From: Deltaproteobacteria bacterium
GTDB lineage: Bacteria; Myxococcota_A; UBA796; SXON01
Direction: 5' to 3'
Length of the DNA: 64,000 nt
NCBI GenBank assembly: GCA_947490345.1
Contig: CANLGL010000006.1
Location: forward strand, 52,699-116,698
In this document: in pieces, positions 9,812 through 21,183 of the stretch
How positions within the stretch are numbered: the stretch's first letter is position 1
Layout of the letters: the number at the start of each line of letters is the position of its first letter
Notes under the pieces: generated by a model
What the model was told of the DNA's origin: nothing
Databases searched by the model: none
Seen by the model: the letters and a program-made list of their open reading frames with translations, nothing else
Made by a program: the position numbers and the translations under genes

Positions 9812-12358
9812 CTACTCCCGCCGCCGTTGCACCACGAACAACGCGCCGAGCAGGAACACGACCGAGAACAACGTCAACCGGCCGAGGAGCGCGACGAGCG
9901 GCAACCCCATGTCGGCGGCCGCGTCGCCCTTGAAGCCGAGGTTGTAGAGGGTGCCGGACAGCTGCATGGCCTCCCAGTCGAGGCCACGGGAGCGGGGCGC
10001 GCCAAGTTTTTCGCCGGTCTTGACCAGGGCATCGAACGCGAACCGTGCCGGGTTCCACCAGGTCAACTCCCTGGCGATCCACGGCATGCGGCTGAGGCTG
10101 AGGAGCACCCCGGAAAACGCGATCTGGGGAATCAGCAGCAGCGGCAGGCTGCCGACTGCGCCCTCCGAACTGGCGTTGATCGCCGAAACCAAGAGGCCGA
10201 GCGCCATCCCGACGATCCCGGTGAACGCGGCCACCGCGACAAAGCCGAAAATCGAGAAGCCGTACTCGGTGACGAAAATCGGGTGCATCGCCAGGTTCAA
10301 GAACGCGAATACCGCACACTGAGCGGCCACCAACGCCCCGAGCACGCCCACCTTGCTGCCGACGTAGGGCCCGGCCTTGATGCCGATGCGCCGCTCCCGC
10401 AGCCAGATGACGCGATCTGAGATGAGCTCGCGCACCGCAGCGCTCATGCCGAACCACATGCACGACAGCGACAGCATGAACATCATCTCGCGCGTGGGCT
10501 GCGGAAAGACAATCTTCATCACCACGGCCAGCACCGGTGCCTGTGCCAAGAGCACCGCGAGGCCGCCAAGATCGCGACCCTTCACCTGTGCGTAGCGAGC
10601 GCCGAGCGTTCGGAGCTGAGCGAGGCCACCCGGGCGCCGGGCCGGCGTTGGCAGCGGATCGGCCTTGTCATTCTGCTGCGAACGCAGTCCCAGCAGCTCT
10701 TCGCGCATCGCGACAAAGCTGCGCGCATCGTCACTGGCGCGAAACGCGGCGCCCCACTCGGCTGGCTGCTTGTCAGCGAAGCGGTTGAAGATGGCGTCGG
10801 GTGTCGCGACCCCGAAATACGTGCAGGCGCGGTCCGGCGGCCCGAAGAAAGCGAGACGCCCGCCCGGCGCCAGCACCAACAGGTGATCGACCTGGGAGAC
10901 GATCTGCGGCGTCAGGTCGTGCGTCACCACGAAGACCATGCGACCGCGGTCAGCAAGCTGGCGAACCAGGCGAACGATGTCTTGCGATGCCCTTGGGTCC
11001 AGGCCGCTGGTCGGCTCGTCGAGGAAGAGCACGCGCATCGTTCGGGCCAGGAGCTCCTGTCCCAGGTTCACCCGCTTGCGCTGCCCCCCGGAGATGCCGC
11101 GCCGAAGCGCATCCCCGATGCGGGAACCGCGAATGTGCTCGATGCCGAGCTCGCCGAGCACCCGCTGCACCTCGACGCCGACCTCCGCGGCCGAAGACCC
11201 CGCCGGAAGTCGCAAGCGCGCGCCGTAGGTGAGGCTCTCCTCCACGGTGAGCTCGGGGTGGACGATGTCGTCCTGGGGGACGATGCCGACGCTCTCGCGC
11301 TCCGCTCGCACCTCGGCGTGGAAGTCGCGGCCGTCGAGCGTGACCTGGCCCACGTCCGCCGGGGTGACCCCCGCGATGGCGTTGAGCAGAGTGGTCTTCC
11401 CGCACCCCGACGGGCCGATCATCGCGACGACCTCGCCCGAAAAGACGGTGAAGCTGACGTCGTCGAGCAAGGAGACCTGGCCGATCTGCCGGGTGAGCCG
11501 CTTCATCGACAACGCCGCCACCGTCCGCTCACCGATGACCTCGACACTCTCGCCGTTCGCCGCGAGGCTGATGGCGAAGGGGCCGATGCGCAGCTCGTCG
11601 CCGGGTCCGAAGGGCGCCGCGTTGACTGGGCGGCTGTTGAGCACCGTGGGTCGACCCGACTCCCCGTCGATCACCCGCCAGCCGGTCCCGGTGCGGCGAA
11701 GCTCCGCGTGGCGCGGCGCCACTTGGGGATCGCCGAGCAGCACCTCACACGCCGTCGACCGCCCGAGGCGCACAACGTCCCCGACCAACGGAACCGTCCA
11801 CCGCCCGCTGGCCAGCGCGGCGTCGTGCCGCCGGTAGAGCGTCGCGAACACGACCGGATCGATGCCGAGCCCATCCGCAGCGGCGCCCAGGCGGAGCAGG
11901 TCGTCGCGCACGACCGCCCCGTCTGCGCAATGAACCGCGAACAGGCTGTCCAACAGGAGCAGCGCGTGCTGGCCGCCGTACCGGCGCGCGAACCCGTCCA
12001 GGTCGAGGTCGTCCTGGTCTTCAGCGACCAGCACCCGGCCCGCGGCCTCCCCGAAATGTGCGACGAAGGCGTCGACCTCGGCTTCACTGGCGCGCCCCCG
12101 AAACTCCGGGCGTTCGGCCAGGGCGAGCAGCGCGTCTACCGCCGCAGCGTCGAGCGTCGAGCGCCGCGCGAGCGCCGCGCGCAGGGCCGGCCGGCGAGCT
12201 TCGAGGACATCGGCGGCCGGAACCGCGACCGACAGCAGCAACAAGGCGAAATCCACCGCATACACGACGGCTTCGTCATTCGGCAGGGCTACGCCGGCGC
12301 CTCGGAGCCCCGCGAGGACTCGGGCGCTGCGGGAGTTGTCGGCGCTCGGAGCGGCCAC
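9812..12358 (-). CDS. FHA-domain ABC transporter (ATPase + ABC2 permease fusion) with N-terminal TerB-like helical region
   Basis: FHA (LGRSTACEVLLGDPQVAPRHA), Walker A GPSGCGKT, ISGGQ, LFLDEPT, TH switch and a six-TM C-terminus. Confidence 0.9.
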   Translation of the reverse strand: MAAPSADNSRSARVLAGLRGAGVALPNDEAVVYAVDFALLLLSVAVPAADVLEARRPALRAALARRSTLDAAAVDALLALAERPEFRGRASEAEVDAFVAHFGEAAGRVLVAEDQDDLDLDGFARRYGGQHALLLLDSLFAVHCADGAVVRDDLLRLGAAADGLGIDPVVFATLYRRHDAALASGRWTVPLVGDVVRLGRSTACEVLLGDPQVAPRHAELRRTGTGWRVIDGESGRPTVLNSRPVNAAPFGPGDELRIGPFAISLAANGESVEVIGERTVAALSMKRLTRQIGQVSLLDDVSFTVFSGEVVAMIGPSGCGKTTLLNAIAGVTPADVGQVTLDGRDFHAEVRAERESVGIVPQDDIVHPELTVEESLTYGARLRLPAGSSAAEVGVEVQRVLGELGIEHIRGSRIGDALRRGISGGQRKRVNLGQELLARTMRVLFLDEPTSGLDPRASQDIVRLVRQLADRGRMVFVVTHDLTPQIVSQVDHLLVLAPGGRLAFFGPPDRACTYFGVATPDAIFNRFADKQPAEWGAAFRASDDARSFVAMREELLGLRSQQNDKADPLPTPARRPGGLAQLRTLGARYAQVKGRDLGGLAVLLAQAPVLAVVMKIVFPQPTREMMFMLSLSCMWFGMSAAVRELISDRVIWLRERRIGIKAGPYVGSKVGVLGALVAAQCAVFAFLNLAMHPIFVTEYGFSIFGFVAVAAFTGIVGMALGLLVSAINASSEGAVGSLPLLLIPQIAFSGVLLSLSRMPWIARELTWWNPARFAFDALVKTGEKLGAPRSRGLDWEAMQLSGTLYNLGFKGDAAADMGLPLVALLGRLTLFSVVFLLGALFVVQRRRE

Positions 12359-12386
12359 GCTACTTGCCAGCCCTGCTTGCCAAGGC

Positions 12387-12809
12387 CTACTTGTACGTCA
12401 CCGCGGTCGCGAGGCCCGCCTTGGCCGTCCCGTCCTTGGTCTGCGTGGCATGGACCGCAATGTAGAAGGTGTCAGTGGCGCCAGACTTGTAGAGCAAAAC
12501 CGGCTCGCGGTCCTTGGTGCTGTCGCGACCTACTTCGTTGCCGAGGGAGTCGTACAGCACGATGTCGGCGTTGACAGCAGTGTCATCACCGCACACCATG
12601 ATCTTGTACTCGGTGCCGGCGTACAACGTCACCAGGTAGATGCGGTGTTCGCCCTGACCAAGGGTCGCGTTGGTGGCGGTACGGACGGCCCAACCGGAGT
12701 TGTAGCCCTCCCAGATCTTGGTCTTGAGACAGGTCTCGGCCGAGGCTTCGTCGGCCTGGGCGGGAGCAACGAGCGCGAATGCGGCGAAAAGCAGGGATGC
12801 GATCATCAT
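12387..12809 (-). CDS. Secreted hypothetical protein (PPC-like beta-sandwich)
   Basis: AGGAG RBS; signal peptide ending AQA; LYAGTEYKIMVCGD..ADIVLYDSLG. Confidence 0.75.
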   Translation of the reverse strand: MMIASLLFAAFALVAPAQADEASAETCLKTKIWEGYNSGWAVRTATNATLGQGEHRIYLVTLYAGTEYKIMVCGDDTAVNADIVLYDSLGNEVGRDSTKDREPVLLYKSGATDTFYIAVHATQTKDGTAKAGLATAVTYK

Positions 12810-12814
12810 GGCTC

Positions 12815-13636
12815 CTACAACAGCGCCAGAACGGCGTCGGTCTGGGACTTGATTTCTTTGACGTCGTCCAGGGTCAGGGTCGGCTTGCTGCTGATCTCCT
12901 TGAGCCGGGTCAATGTCGTCTGGAGCTGGGCGAGGACCGCATCCGGCGCCTTGCCGGCGCCTTCGACCGCGACGTACTTGAGGAAGTAGTCGGCCACCTG
13001 GGGCTGGCGAAGCAGCTCGGTGCCGGCCGTCTCGTTGTTGGCGGCGACGATCGCGCCGGAGACGAGGTTGCTGCCTTCGAGCCAGCTACCCGCCTGGATG
13101 AGCGGCACCGCACGTTCGCCCGCTTCGAACTTGATCTCGGGGATGATCGCGCCGTGGATCTCGTCGAGCTCCTTGACCAGGTCTTCCCGGGAGACGGAGT
13201 TGTTGGTGATCCGCGCATTGATGTCGTCGATCGTGGCGCCGATATCGGCCCCGCCGCCGAGCGCGGTCATGCCGGTCTTGACCAGGGTGAGCCGCGCTGT
13301 GAGCTTGTCCGGAGGCGCATCCTTGACGGTAAGCAGCGCATCGGCCATCGCGACACCAGTACGCACGGCGATGACGTCTTTGTTCTCGATGTCCATCTTC
13401 AGCGGACGGTCGGCAACCAAGCCGCTGAGGCCGGTCGCGATGCCGGCGCGTTCGAGCGCCTTCTGCATCTCGGCCGGAGAGGGCACGAGCGCGATGTTTT
13501 CCGCCGCGGCAGCGAGCGCGGCCACGTCGAGCTTCGGGGGGCCGGCCGGCTCGACCGGCTTGGGCGGCGGCGGGGGCGGAGCTTCGGTACAAGCCGAGAG
13601 GTTGCTCAGGGCGACGAAAAGAAGGGACGACAGCAT
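12815..13636 (-). CDS. All-helical hypothetical lipoprotein
   Basis: GGAGG upstream of ATG 13636; lipobox LSAC; poly-Pro linker; PSPAE and AGSWLEG motifs. Confidence 0.75.
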   Translation of the reverse strand: MLSSLLFVALSNLSACTEAPPPPPPKPVEPAGPPKLDVAALAAAAENIALVPSPAEMQKALERAGIATGLSGLVADRPLKMDIENKDVIAVRTGVAMADALLTVKDAPPDKLTARLTLVKTGMTALGGGADIGATIDDINARITNNSVSREDLVKELDEIHGAIIPEIKFEAGERAVPLIQAGSWLEGSNLVSGAIVAANNETAGTELLRQPQVADYFLKYVAVEGAGKAPDAVLAQLQTTLTRLKEISSKPTLTLDDVKEIKSQTDAVLALL

Positions 13637-13768
13637 TACGAGACCTCCAGCTTTGGGCACGGCAGGCTACGCCGCCCTCGGAGGCGACGCAAGGCGATGG
13701 GCCGTGCTTTCGCGAATCCTAGGCGAACAGGATGAGCGACGACCCCACCCTCAGGCCCTGCCGCCCCG

Positions 13769-15064
13769 CTACCTCAAGTAGAAATCGTCAAACACCGCCA
13801 TGTACCCGAACCCGGAGCCGAGCCCGACGTCGAGCTGCCACACGGTCTGGCCATCGGGGCTCACCTCCTCGACGCGGCCCGCGGTGCTCCAGTCGATCAA
13901 GGTGTTGGCGTTGGGCAGCCGGAGCACGTCCCCGAGCGCGTAGACGTACAACGCCGGATCCGGCGTGTAGCTCCACACGGTCTCGGCGAGCGCGGCCTCG
14001 CGGTCCAGGCTCAACTCCACCACGCGGGACGCGGCCGTGTGGTCACTGCCGTTGTCGAACACGAGGACGTTTTCGGTGGCGAGGAGCTCGAACTGGTGCT
14101 GCCACACGAAGGCGTCAGCAGGGTCGGCGAACCCGATGGTGCCGTAGTCGCCGACCGACCAGACCTCGCTGCCGGTGTGCCGATCGATGGTGACGATGGT
14201 CGCGAGGTTCCGGAGTCCGATCGTGTAGCGCTGTCGGGCTTCGTCCCAGTCCAGCGCGTTGGCATGGGTCCACCCCTCGGCGTAGCTGTCACAGGGTGCG
14301 GTCCGCCCCGCGAAGCTGTCCCACGCATCCCACACGAGGTCGACAGTGCCGTCGAAATCGAATTCGGTCACGCCCTCGGAGAGGCATTCGTTCCCGGACT
14401 CGTCGACGTGGCTGACGTAGGTCAGCGCCGCCAGGCCACCGTCTGCCCGCTCGACGAAGTCGTGGCTGAACTCCGCGACCTGCACGCTCCGCTGGGTGCC
14501 GGCGGACCAGTCCGTCAGGACAATGGTCGCCGACTCGCCCGCTTGGGTCCCCCCGAAGCTCGCCAGGATCCCGGTGCGGTCCGCGCTCGGGAACGCATGA
14601 ATCACCTGCGCTTCAGCGGACGTATCGGTCGCCCACCAGACCGGACGCCCTTGGGTGTCGATGATCATCAGGTCCGCCATCGCGCCTGCCACGCCCAGCA
14701 CCATGAACCCGTCCCAGGAGGGCTCGCCCGTCGTGGTGAACGAGGCCCAGTCATTCGGTACCGTTCCCGTCGTGATCCGATGGGCCTCCCCCACGGCTCC
14801 CGCCTCGTCGAACACGGTGAATTCCACCTCGCTGTCGATCGGCAAGCCCAAAAGCAGCCGGGAGTGCACGTCGGTCGCTTCGGACTCCGGCGGCGTTGCA
14901 CGGGTGGGCTCACCGACCACGTTGAATTCGACGAAACCGCGTGAGCGCTCGGCGGTCTCCCAGCGGACCTCCACGACCGTGGGGACGAATGCGGCGAGGG
15001 TGGCGGTCGGGAGGCCGGCGGTGCCCGAACCGCCGGCGGCGCACCCGGCGAGCAAAAGCAGCAT
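13769..15064 (-). CDS. Aryl-sulfate sulfotransferase (ASST) family lipoprotein
   Basis: MLLLLAGC; FSHDF, WTHANAL, WQH, FDNG..SRVVE and RLPNANTLIDW motifs. Confidence 0.8.
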   Translation of the reverse strand: MLLLLAGCAAGGSGTAGLPTATLAAFVPTVVEVRWETAERSRGFVEFNVVGEPTRATPPESEATDVHSRLLLGLPIDSEVEFTVFDEAGAVGEAHRITTGTVPNDWASFTTTGEPSWDGFMVLGVAGAMADLMIIDTQGRPVWWATDTSAEAQVIHAFPSADRTGILASFGGTQAGESATIVLTDWSAGTQRSVQVAEFSHDFVERADGGLAALTYVSHVDESGNECLSEGVTEFDFDGTVDLVWDAWDSFAGRTAPCDSYAEGWTHANALDWDEARQRYTIGLRNLATIVTIDRHTGSEVWSVGDYGTIGFADPADAFVWQHQFELLATENVLVFDNGSDHTAASRVVELSLDREAALAETVWSYTPDPALYVYALGDVLRLPNANTLIDWSTAGRVEEVSPDGQTVWQLDVGLGSGFGYMAVFDDFYLR

Positions 15065-15074
15065 CCTCGAACCG

Positions 15075-16481
15075 CTAGGCATTCCGCCCGGCCGACGCCA
15101 CCAGACCGGCGCTGCCGGCCTCATAGGTCGAAACCTCGCCCAGGCCGCCGGCCCGCAGCACGTCGCGAAGCGTTGGCACCGTGCGGCGGATCATCGGCCA
15201 GGCCAGGAGGTGGCGGAAGATCAGGTCGTCCGGAGCCGCGGCCATGGCGGTCAGCACCACGCGCCCCGCCGGCGCCAATTGCCCGGCGAGGTCTTGCAAC
15301 AACGCGACGACGACCCGTTCGGGGAGGTATTCGATCAACCCGTCAACGACGATGACGTCCTGCGGCGGAAGACCGAGGTGCCCCAGGCGACCGCGCCCGG
15401 TGGCCAAAAGCGCCATGTCGGACAACATCAGCCGCAGGCGGATGCTCCGGGGGCGGTCCTTCAGCGCCGCATCGACCGCCTCCAGCGCTTCGCGCGAGCC
15501 GTCGACGCAGACGATCTCCCCCCCGACGCGGCCCAGCCGGTCGAGCTCGGCCGCCAGCAGGCAACCACTGTTCGCGCCGACAGCGAGGACGCGCGCCGGA
15601 CGGACCTCGGGCAGAGCCTCGGCCATCAACTGCGCAGCCAGGGCACGCCGCTCCCGCAGCGCGCGCGCGGTAGGAAGGTCCAAGAGCCAGCCGTCGATCA
15701 TCTCACCGAGCGGACCATCCCCCTGGGGGTGGTGACCGGCGATGTGCGAGATGGTTTCGTGGTGACCGACGCGGCGGTCGCCGGTGTCGTTGGCGAACTC
15801 GCCAAGGTGGGAGCGCATGACGTAGGCGTGCAGCTCGCGTGCCAGCTCCGCGCCGGCAGCGAGCTGGTCCCCGCGGCCCAAGGGCGTCAGCGCCGAGTCC
15901 ACCGCGGCCTGAAAGCCGTGCAGCCCGGTCAGCACCCGCTGTTGAGCGGCCGCGCGATCGCGCCGGATCAGCGGCTCCGCCTCGGCAAACATCTGTTTGA
16001 CGCGACCCGCAAGCACGCGCGCCTGTTGGGCCGCCGACTCGCTGCCGCCGCTGCGCCCGCCAGCCAGCGCCCCCATCATCGCCGTGGTGGTGATTGTTCG
16101 GCTACGGTCGACCGCGAGCCCGGCCAGCGCGCGGTAGAACGACGCTGCGAAGGGCGAATCCGCTTCCAGAACCCGGAGCAGCGCGGGACGGTCCCAGCGC
16201 TGGCACACCGAAGTTTCCCCCGCGCGAACATCGGCGGTGCGCGCCTGTTCGTTGAGGAAGCCCATCTCGCCAACCATCTGGCCGCGCGCGATGACGTCGA
16301 GCACCACCGCCGGCTGTTGGCGGCTGTCGATCACCTCGAGCTCACCCTCGACCAAACGGTAGAAGTCCCCCCCGCGCTCGCCGCGGCGGATGAGGTATTC
16401 GCCCCGGGCCAGGCGCACGGTCGAGGCCACGGCCAGCAGCCGCTCGCGGTCACGGTCACCGAGCCGGTCGAGAAAGTCCAC
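15075..16481 (-). CDS. Cyclic nucleotide-binding domain fused to a class I SAM methyltransferase-like domain
   Basis: GTG at 16481; GEYLIRRGE..FY.LVEG, VGEMGFL..RTADV; C-terminal VLAVGANSG, VDGSREAL and DVIVVDGLIEYL. Confidence 0.85.
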   Translation of the reverse strand: MDFLDRLGDRDRERLLAVASTVRLARGEYLIRRGERGGDFYRLVEGELEVIDSRQQPAVVLDVIARGQMVGEMGFLNEQARTADVRAGETSVCQRWDRPALLRVLEADSPFAASFYRALAGLAVDRSRTITTTAMMGALAGGRSGGSESAAQQARVLAGRVKQMFAEAEPLIRRDRAAAQQRVLTGLHGFQAAVDSALTPLGRGDQLAAGAELARELHAYVMRSHLGEFANDTGDRRVGHHETISHIAGHHPQGDGPLGEMIDGWLLDLPTARALRERRALAAQLMAEALPEVRPARVLAVGANSGCLLAAELDRLGRVGGEIVCVDGSREALEAVDAALKDRPRSIRLRLMLSDMALLATGRGRLGHLGLPPQDVIVVDGLIEYLPERVVVALLQDLAGQLAPAGRVVLTAMAAAPDDLIFRHLLAWPMIRRTVPTLRDVLRAGGLGEVSTYEAGSAGLVASAGRNA

Positions 16482-16611
16482 GGGGGGTCCTAACCGAAGT
16501 CGAGGTGACGCCGAGGATCGTTGCGCCTGCCGACGATCCAGGGGGCTGAGCGCTCGCTGGCGCCCACCTGCCTGCCCGCGCCCATGATACGCGGCCCCCA
16601 TCGAGGCACAG

Positions 16612-17133
16612 ATGGACCTGGTTGCGGAGGCAGTGGCGCGGATTCGGAGCGGGAACGACGCCGTGCGTGAGGTCGTGCGCGCCGAGCTCATCGCGGCAAT
16701 CAACGCCCCGGGTGGCAAGGCCGTGCGGGAGTCCCTCGACAGCGCACGCCGGGGCGAGCTGCTCGAAGTGCAGTGGGAGATCGAGGAGGTCCTGGAGGCG
16801 ACGGCGCCGCCCAAGGCCGACACTCCGACACCGCCCCCCCCTCCCCCGCCAGAGCCGGAGGATCCGAACCGTCCGCTCACGTCCAAAGACCTCGTGGTGG
16901 TGTACGACGACCCCCGCGGCCTGCTATTACACAAGTCGAAGCTGGGTGAACGGTGGTTCGCCACCCAGGCCGACCCCCAGACCGGCCAGCCTCAAACCTT
17001 CGAGTTGCACCCCCAGCAGGTGGGCCAACTCAAGACGCAGCTCGCCGGCAGCCCCTATTGGGTGCTCGGCGCCGGTGGGGTTGCCGCGCCCGCCGCGCCC
17101 GCCGCCAAGCCCCCCGGTCCGGCGGTGCGTTGA
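16612..17133 (+). CDS. Hypothetical protein (two domains, poly-Pro linker)
   Basis: GAGG RBS; GC-rich third codon positions; no family recognised. Confidence 0.7.
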   Translation: MDLVAEAVARIRSGNDAVREVVRAELIAAINAPGGKAVRESLDSARRGELLEVQWEIEEVLEATAPPKADTPTPPPPPPPEPEDPNRPLTSKDLVVVYDDPRGLLLHKSKLGERWFATQADPQTGQPQTFELHPQQVGQLKTQLAGSPYWVLGAGGVAAPAAPAAKPPGPAVR

Positions 17134-17588
17134 CGCGCGAAGCGTACGTCGAAGCGGCCCGCGCGCGGGCGCACACGCTGTACCTTGGCGAGACTGTCGC
17201 CCATCGAAGCTGCGGAATCGCCCTGGCGGAGACCTTTGGCCTTCCCAGCCGTAGTTACCAGTCCTTGCGGAAGGGCGGCCTCACCGGGCTCGGGACCTGC
17301 GGCGCACTCCAGGCGGGGGCGCTGGTGCTTGGAGAGATTCTGGGCGACCCGGACCCCTGTGGAGCCCCTACCGCCCAGCTGAAAGAGGGTATCGAACGGT
17401 ATCGCCTTGCGCTGACGGCCGTGGTTCCCGGCTCGCCTGATGCCTCGTGCAACGAGCGTACCGTCCCGTTTGCGGACTTCGGCTCGCGGGCGCGGCTGTT
17501 GTCGTGCACCAACCTCGCGGCTCAGGCGGCAGCCGCGGTGGCTGGGGTGCTCCATGACCTGGGGCGCAGCGTGGTGATCACGGGGTAG
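17130..17588 (+). CDS. C-GCAxxG-C-C family putative redox protein
   Basis: TTGA overlap; SC...GGLTGLGTCGALQAG...SC...SC Cys pattern. Confidence 0.8.
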   Translation: MTREAYVEAARARAHTLYLGETVAHRSCGIALAETFGLPSRSYQSLRKGGLTGLGTCGALQAGALVLGEILGDPDPCGAPTAQLKEGIERYRLALTAVVPGSPDASCNERTVPFADFGSRARLLSCTNLAAQAAAAVAGVLHDLGRSVVITG

Positions 17589-17644
17589 CGAGACTCGACC
17601 CGCCAGCCGCGCGGTAGGGGGAGGACGCAGCGAGCCGGCGAGCG

Positions 17645-18008
17645 TCTTCCCCCGTTTCTTGTTGGTTCCCCATGCCGCCCTTCGGGACGCGCCGGCGCTA
17701 CGAGCCATGAAACCCTTGCGGCCGGGTGACGCCCGGGCGTAGCCGTCTCGAAAAGCACGCCGGCGACGCGTAGCCGGCTTCAAAAGCAGATTCGGCCGCC
17801 TGTCCGCGTTCGGACGACGAACCAACGCCGACAATTCGCTCTCGTCACGGCGCGCTCAGCCGCAAAACTGCTTTTCGAGCTGGCTACGCCTTGGAAAACT
17901 GCTTTTCGAGGCGACTACGCCGCCTCCGCGGCGAGCCCGCCACCGCGGCAGCGGCGCCCTCCGCGGCGGCGGCCTCCGCGGCGGCGGCGCCCTTCTTCCC
18001 CCGTTTCT
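17645..18008. repeat. Intergenic element with two pairs of 21-bp inverted repeats and flanking 15-bp direct repeats
   Basis: GCGTAGCCGnCTnnAAAAGCA at 17737 and 17768, with inverted copies at 17869 and 17900. TCTTCCCCCGTTTCT at 17645 and 17994. Confidence 0.8.
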
Positions 18009-18036
18009 GGTTACCATTCGCAACCCCGGAGCCCGC

Positions 18037-18690
18037 ATGTCCTTCGTCTTCGCCCTCATCCTCGCCTGCGTCTCTCAGGAAGAATTCCAGACCCTGCAGG
18101 AGGAGAACGCCCGCCTCGTCGCCCGCGTCACCCGGCTGGACGCCATCGTCGACAAAGAACGCGCGACGGTTCGTGAACTCAAGGAGGACCTCAAGCCCCT
18201 GGTCGACAAGGGGCTCTTGACCGTAGAGGTCGAGAACGGCCGCGTGACCCTGGGACTCAAGAGCGACGTGCTCTTCCAGAAAGGCAGCGCCGAGCTCTCC
18301 GCGGACGGGAAGGACGCGCTGCAACAGCTGGCCCGCGCCCTGTCGCGCCGTTCACCCGACCGGGACTTCCAGGTCGAGGGGCACACCGACAACGACCCCA
18401 TCAACACCCCCCAGTTTCCCAACAACTGGTACCTCGGCGCCGCCCGCGGCATCGTCGTGACCGAGGCGATGATCGCCGCCGGGTTCCCGCGCACCAAACT
18501 CTCGGCGGCCAGCTTCGGCGACACCCACCCCAAGGCGGACAACAACTCGGCCGGCGGCCAGGCGCAGAACCGCCGGATCGAGGTCGTGCTGGTGCCGGAC
18601 GTGTCCGACATCTACAAGCGCCTCGAAAAGGGCGACGGGCCGGGAAAGAAGGGCGGCGGGAAGAAGAAAGGGAAGAAGAAGCAGGAGTAG
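18037..18690 (+). CDS. OmpA/MotB-family peptidoglycan-binding lipoprotein
   Basis: ILAC lipobox; coiled coil; VLFQKGSAEL, VEGHTDNDP, NW.L..AR and NRRIEV motifs; Lys-rich tail. Confidence 0.9.
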   Translation: MSFVFALILACVSQEEFQTLQEENARLVARVTRLDAIVDKERATVRELKEDLKPLVDKGLLTVEVENGRVTLGLKSDVLFQKGSAELSADGKDALQQLARALSRRSPDRDFQVEGHTDNDPINTPQFPNNWYLGAARGIVVTEAMIAAGFPRTKLSAASFGDTHPKADNNSAGGQAQNRRIEVVLVPDVSDIYKRLEKGDGPGKKGGGKKKGKKKQE

Positions 18691-18693
18691 CGG

Positions 18694-20816
<2,123 letters not shown>

Positions 20817-20820
<4 letters not shown>

Positions 20821-21110
20821 GAACCTGGGGGAGAAGTGGCGCCGCCGGGGAGGAGGGAAAAGTTGGCCGCAGCGGCGACCGCCCCGGTCTGGACCACCAC
20901 CAGTTCCGCTTCGGCGCGCCGCACGGAGAACCGACAGCCGCGCACCTCCACGTCCAGCGGATCCCCCATCGGGGCCGCCCCGATCAGGCGAACGGAGGTG
21001 CCAGGCAGGAAGCCGAGCTCCAACAGGCGGCGGCGAAATCCGCGCTCACCAGCCAGCGTCTCGATGGTGCCCACCGACCCGTTCGACATCGACGCCAGCG
21101 TATTCGTCAT
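20817..21110 (-). CDS. feoA: Ferrous iron transport protein A
   Basis: RRRLLELGFLPG...APMGDPL.VEVRG; immediately upstream of feoB. Confidence 0.95.
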
Positions 21111-21125
21111 GACCGGACCCTACCC

Positions 21126-21148
21126 ATATTGAGAACGAACGTCAATAT
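21126..21148. promoter_or_regulatory. Probable Fur box upstream of feoAB
   Basis: AT-rich palindrome ATATTGAGAACGAACGTCAATAT next to the feoA -10-like TAGGGT. Confidence 0.75.
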
Positions 21149-21183
21149 CAGTTTTGCGCGAGCGCGCGCGCTACGTTCGGCCC

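Noticed and set aside
15075-16964. Long N-terminal extensions in the ORF track (for example 16964, 28560, 60080, 60153, 5427, 22503, 46395)
   Set aside because: The extensions overlap neighbouring genes; internal starts fit better with stop/start overlaps, RBS or -10 elements and domain boundaries.
17856-18324. Short minus-strand ORFs over the repeat region and the OmpA gene
   Set aside because: They are translations of DNA repeats and antisense shadow, with low complexity.
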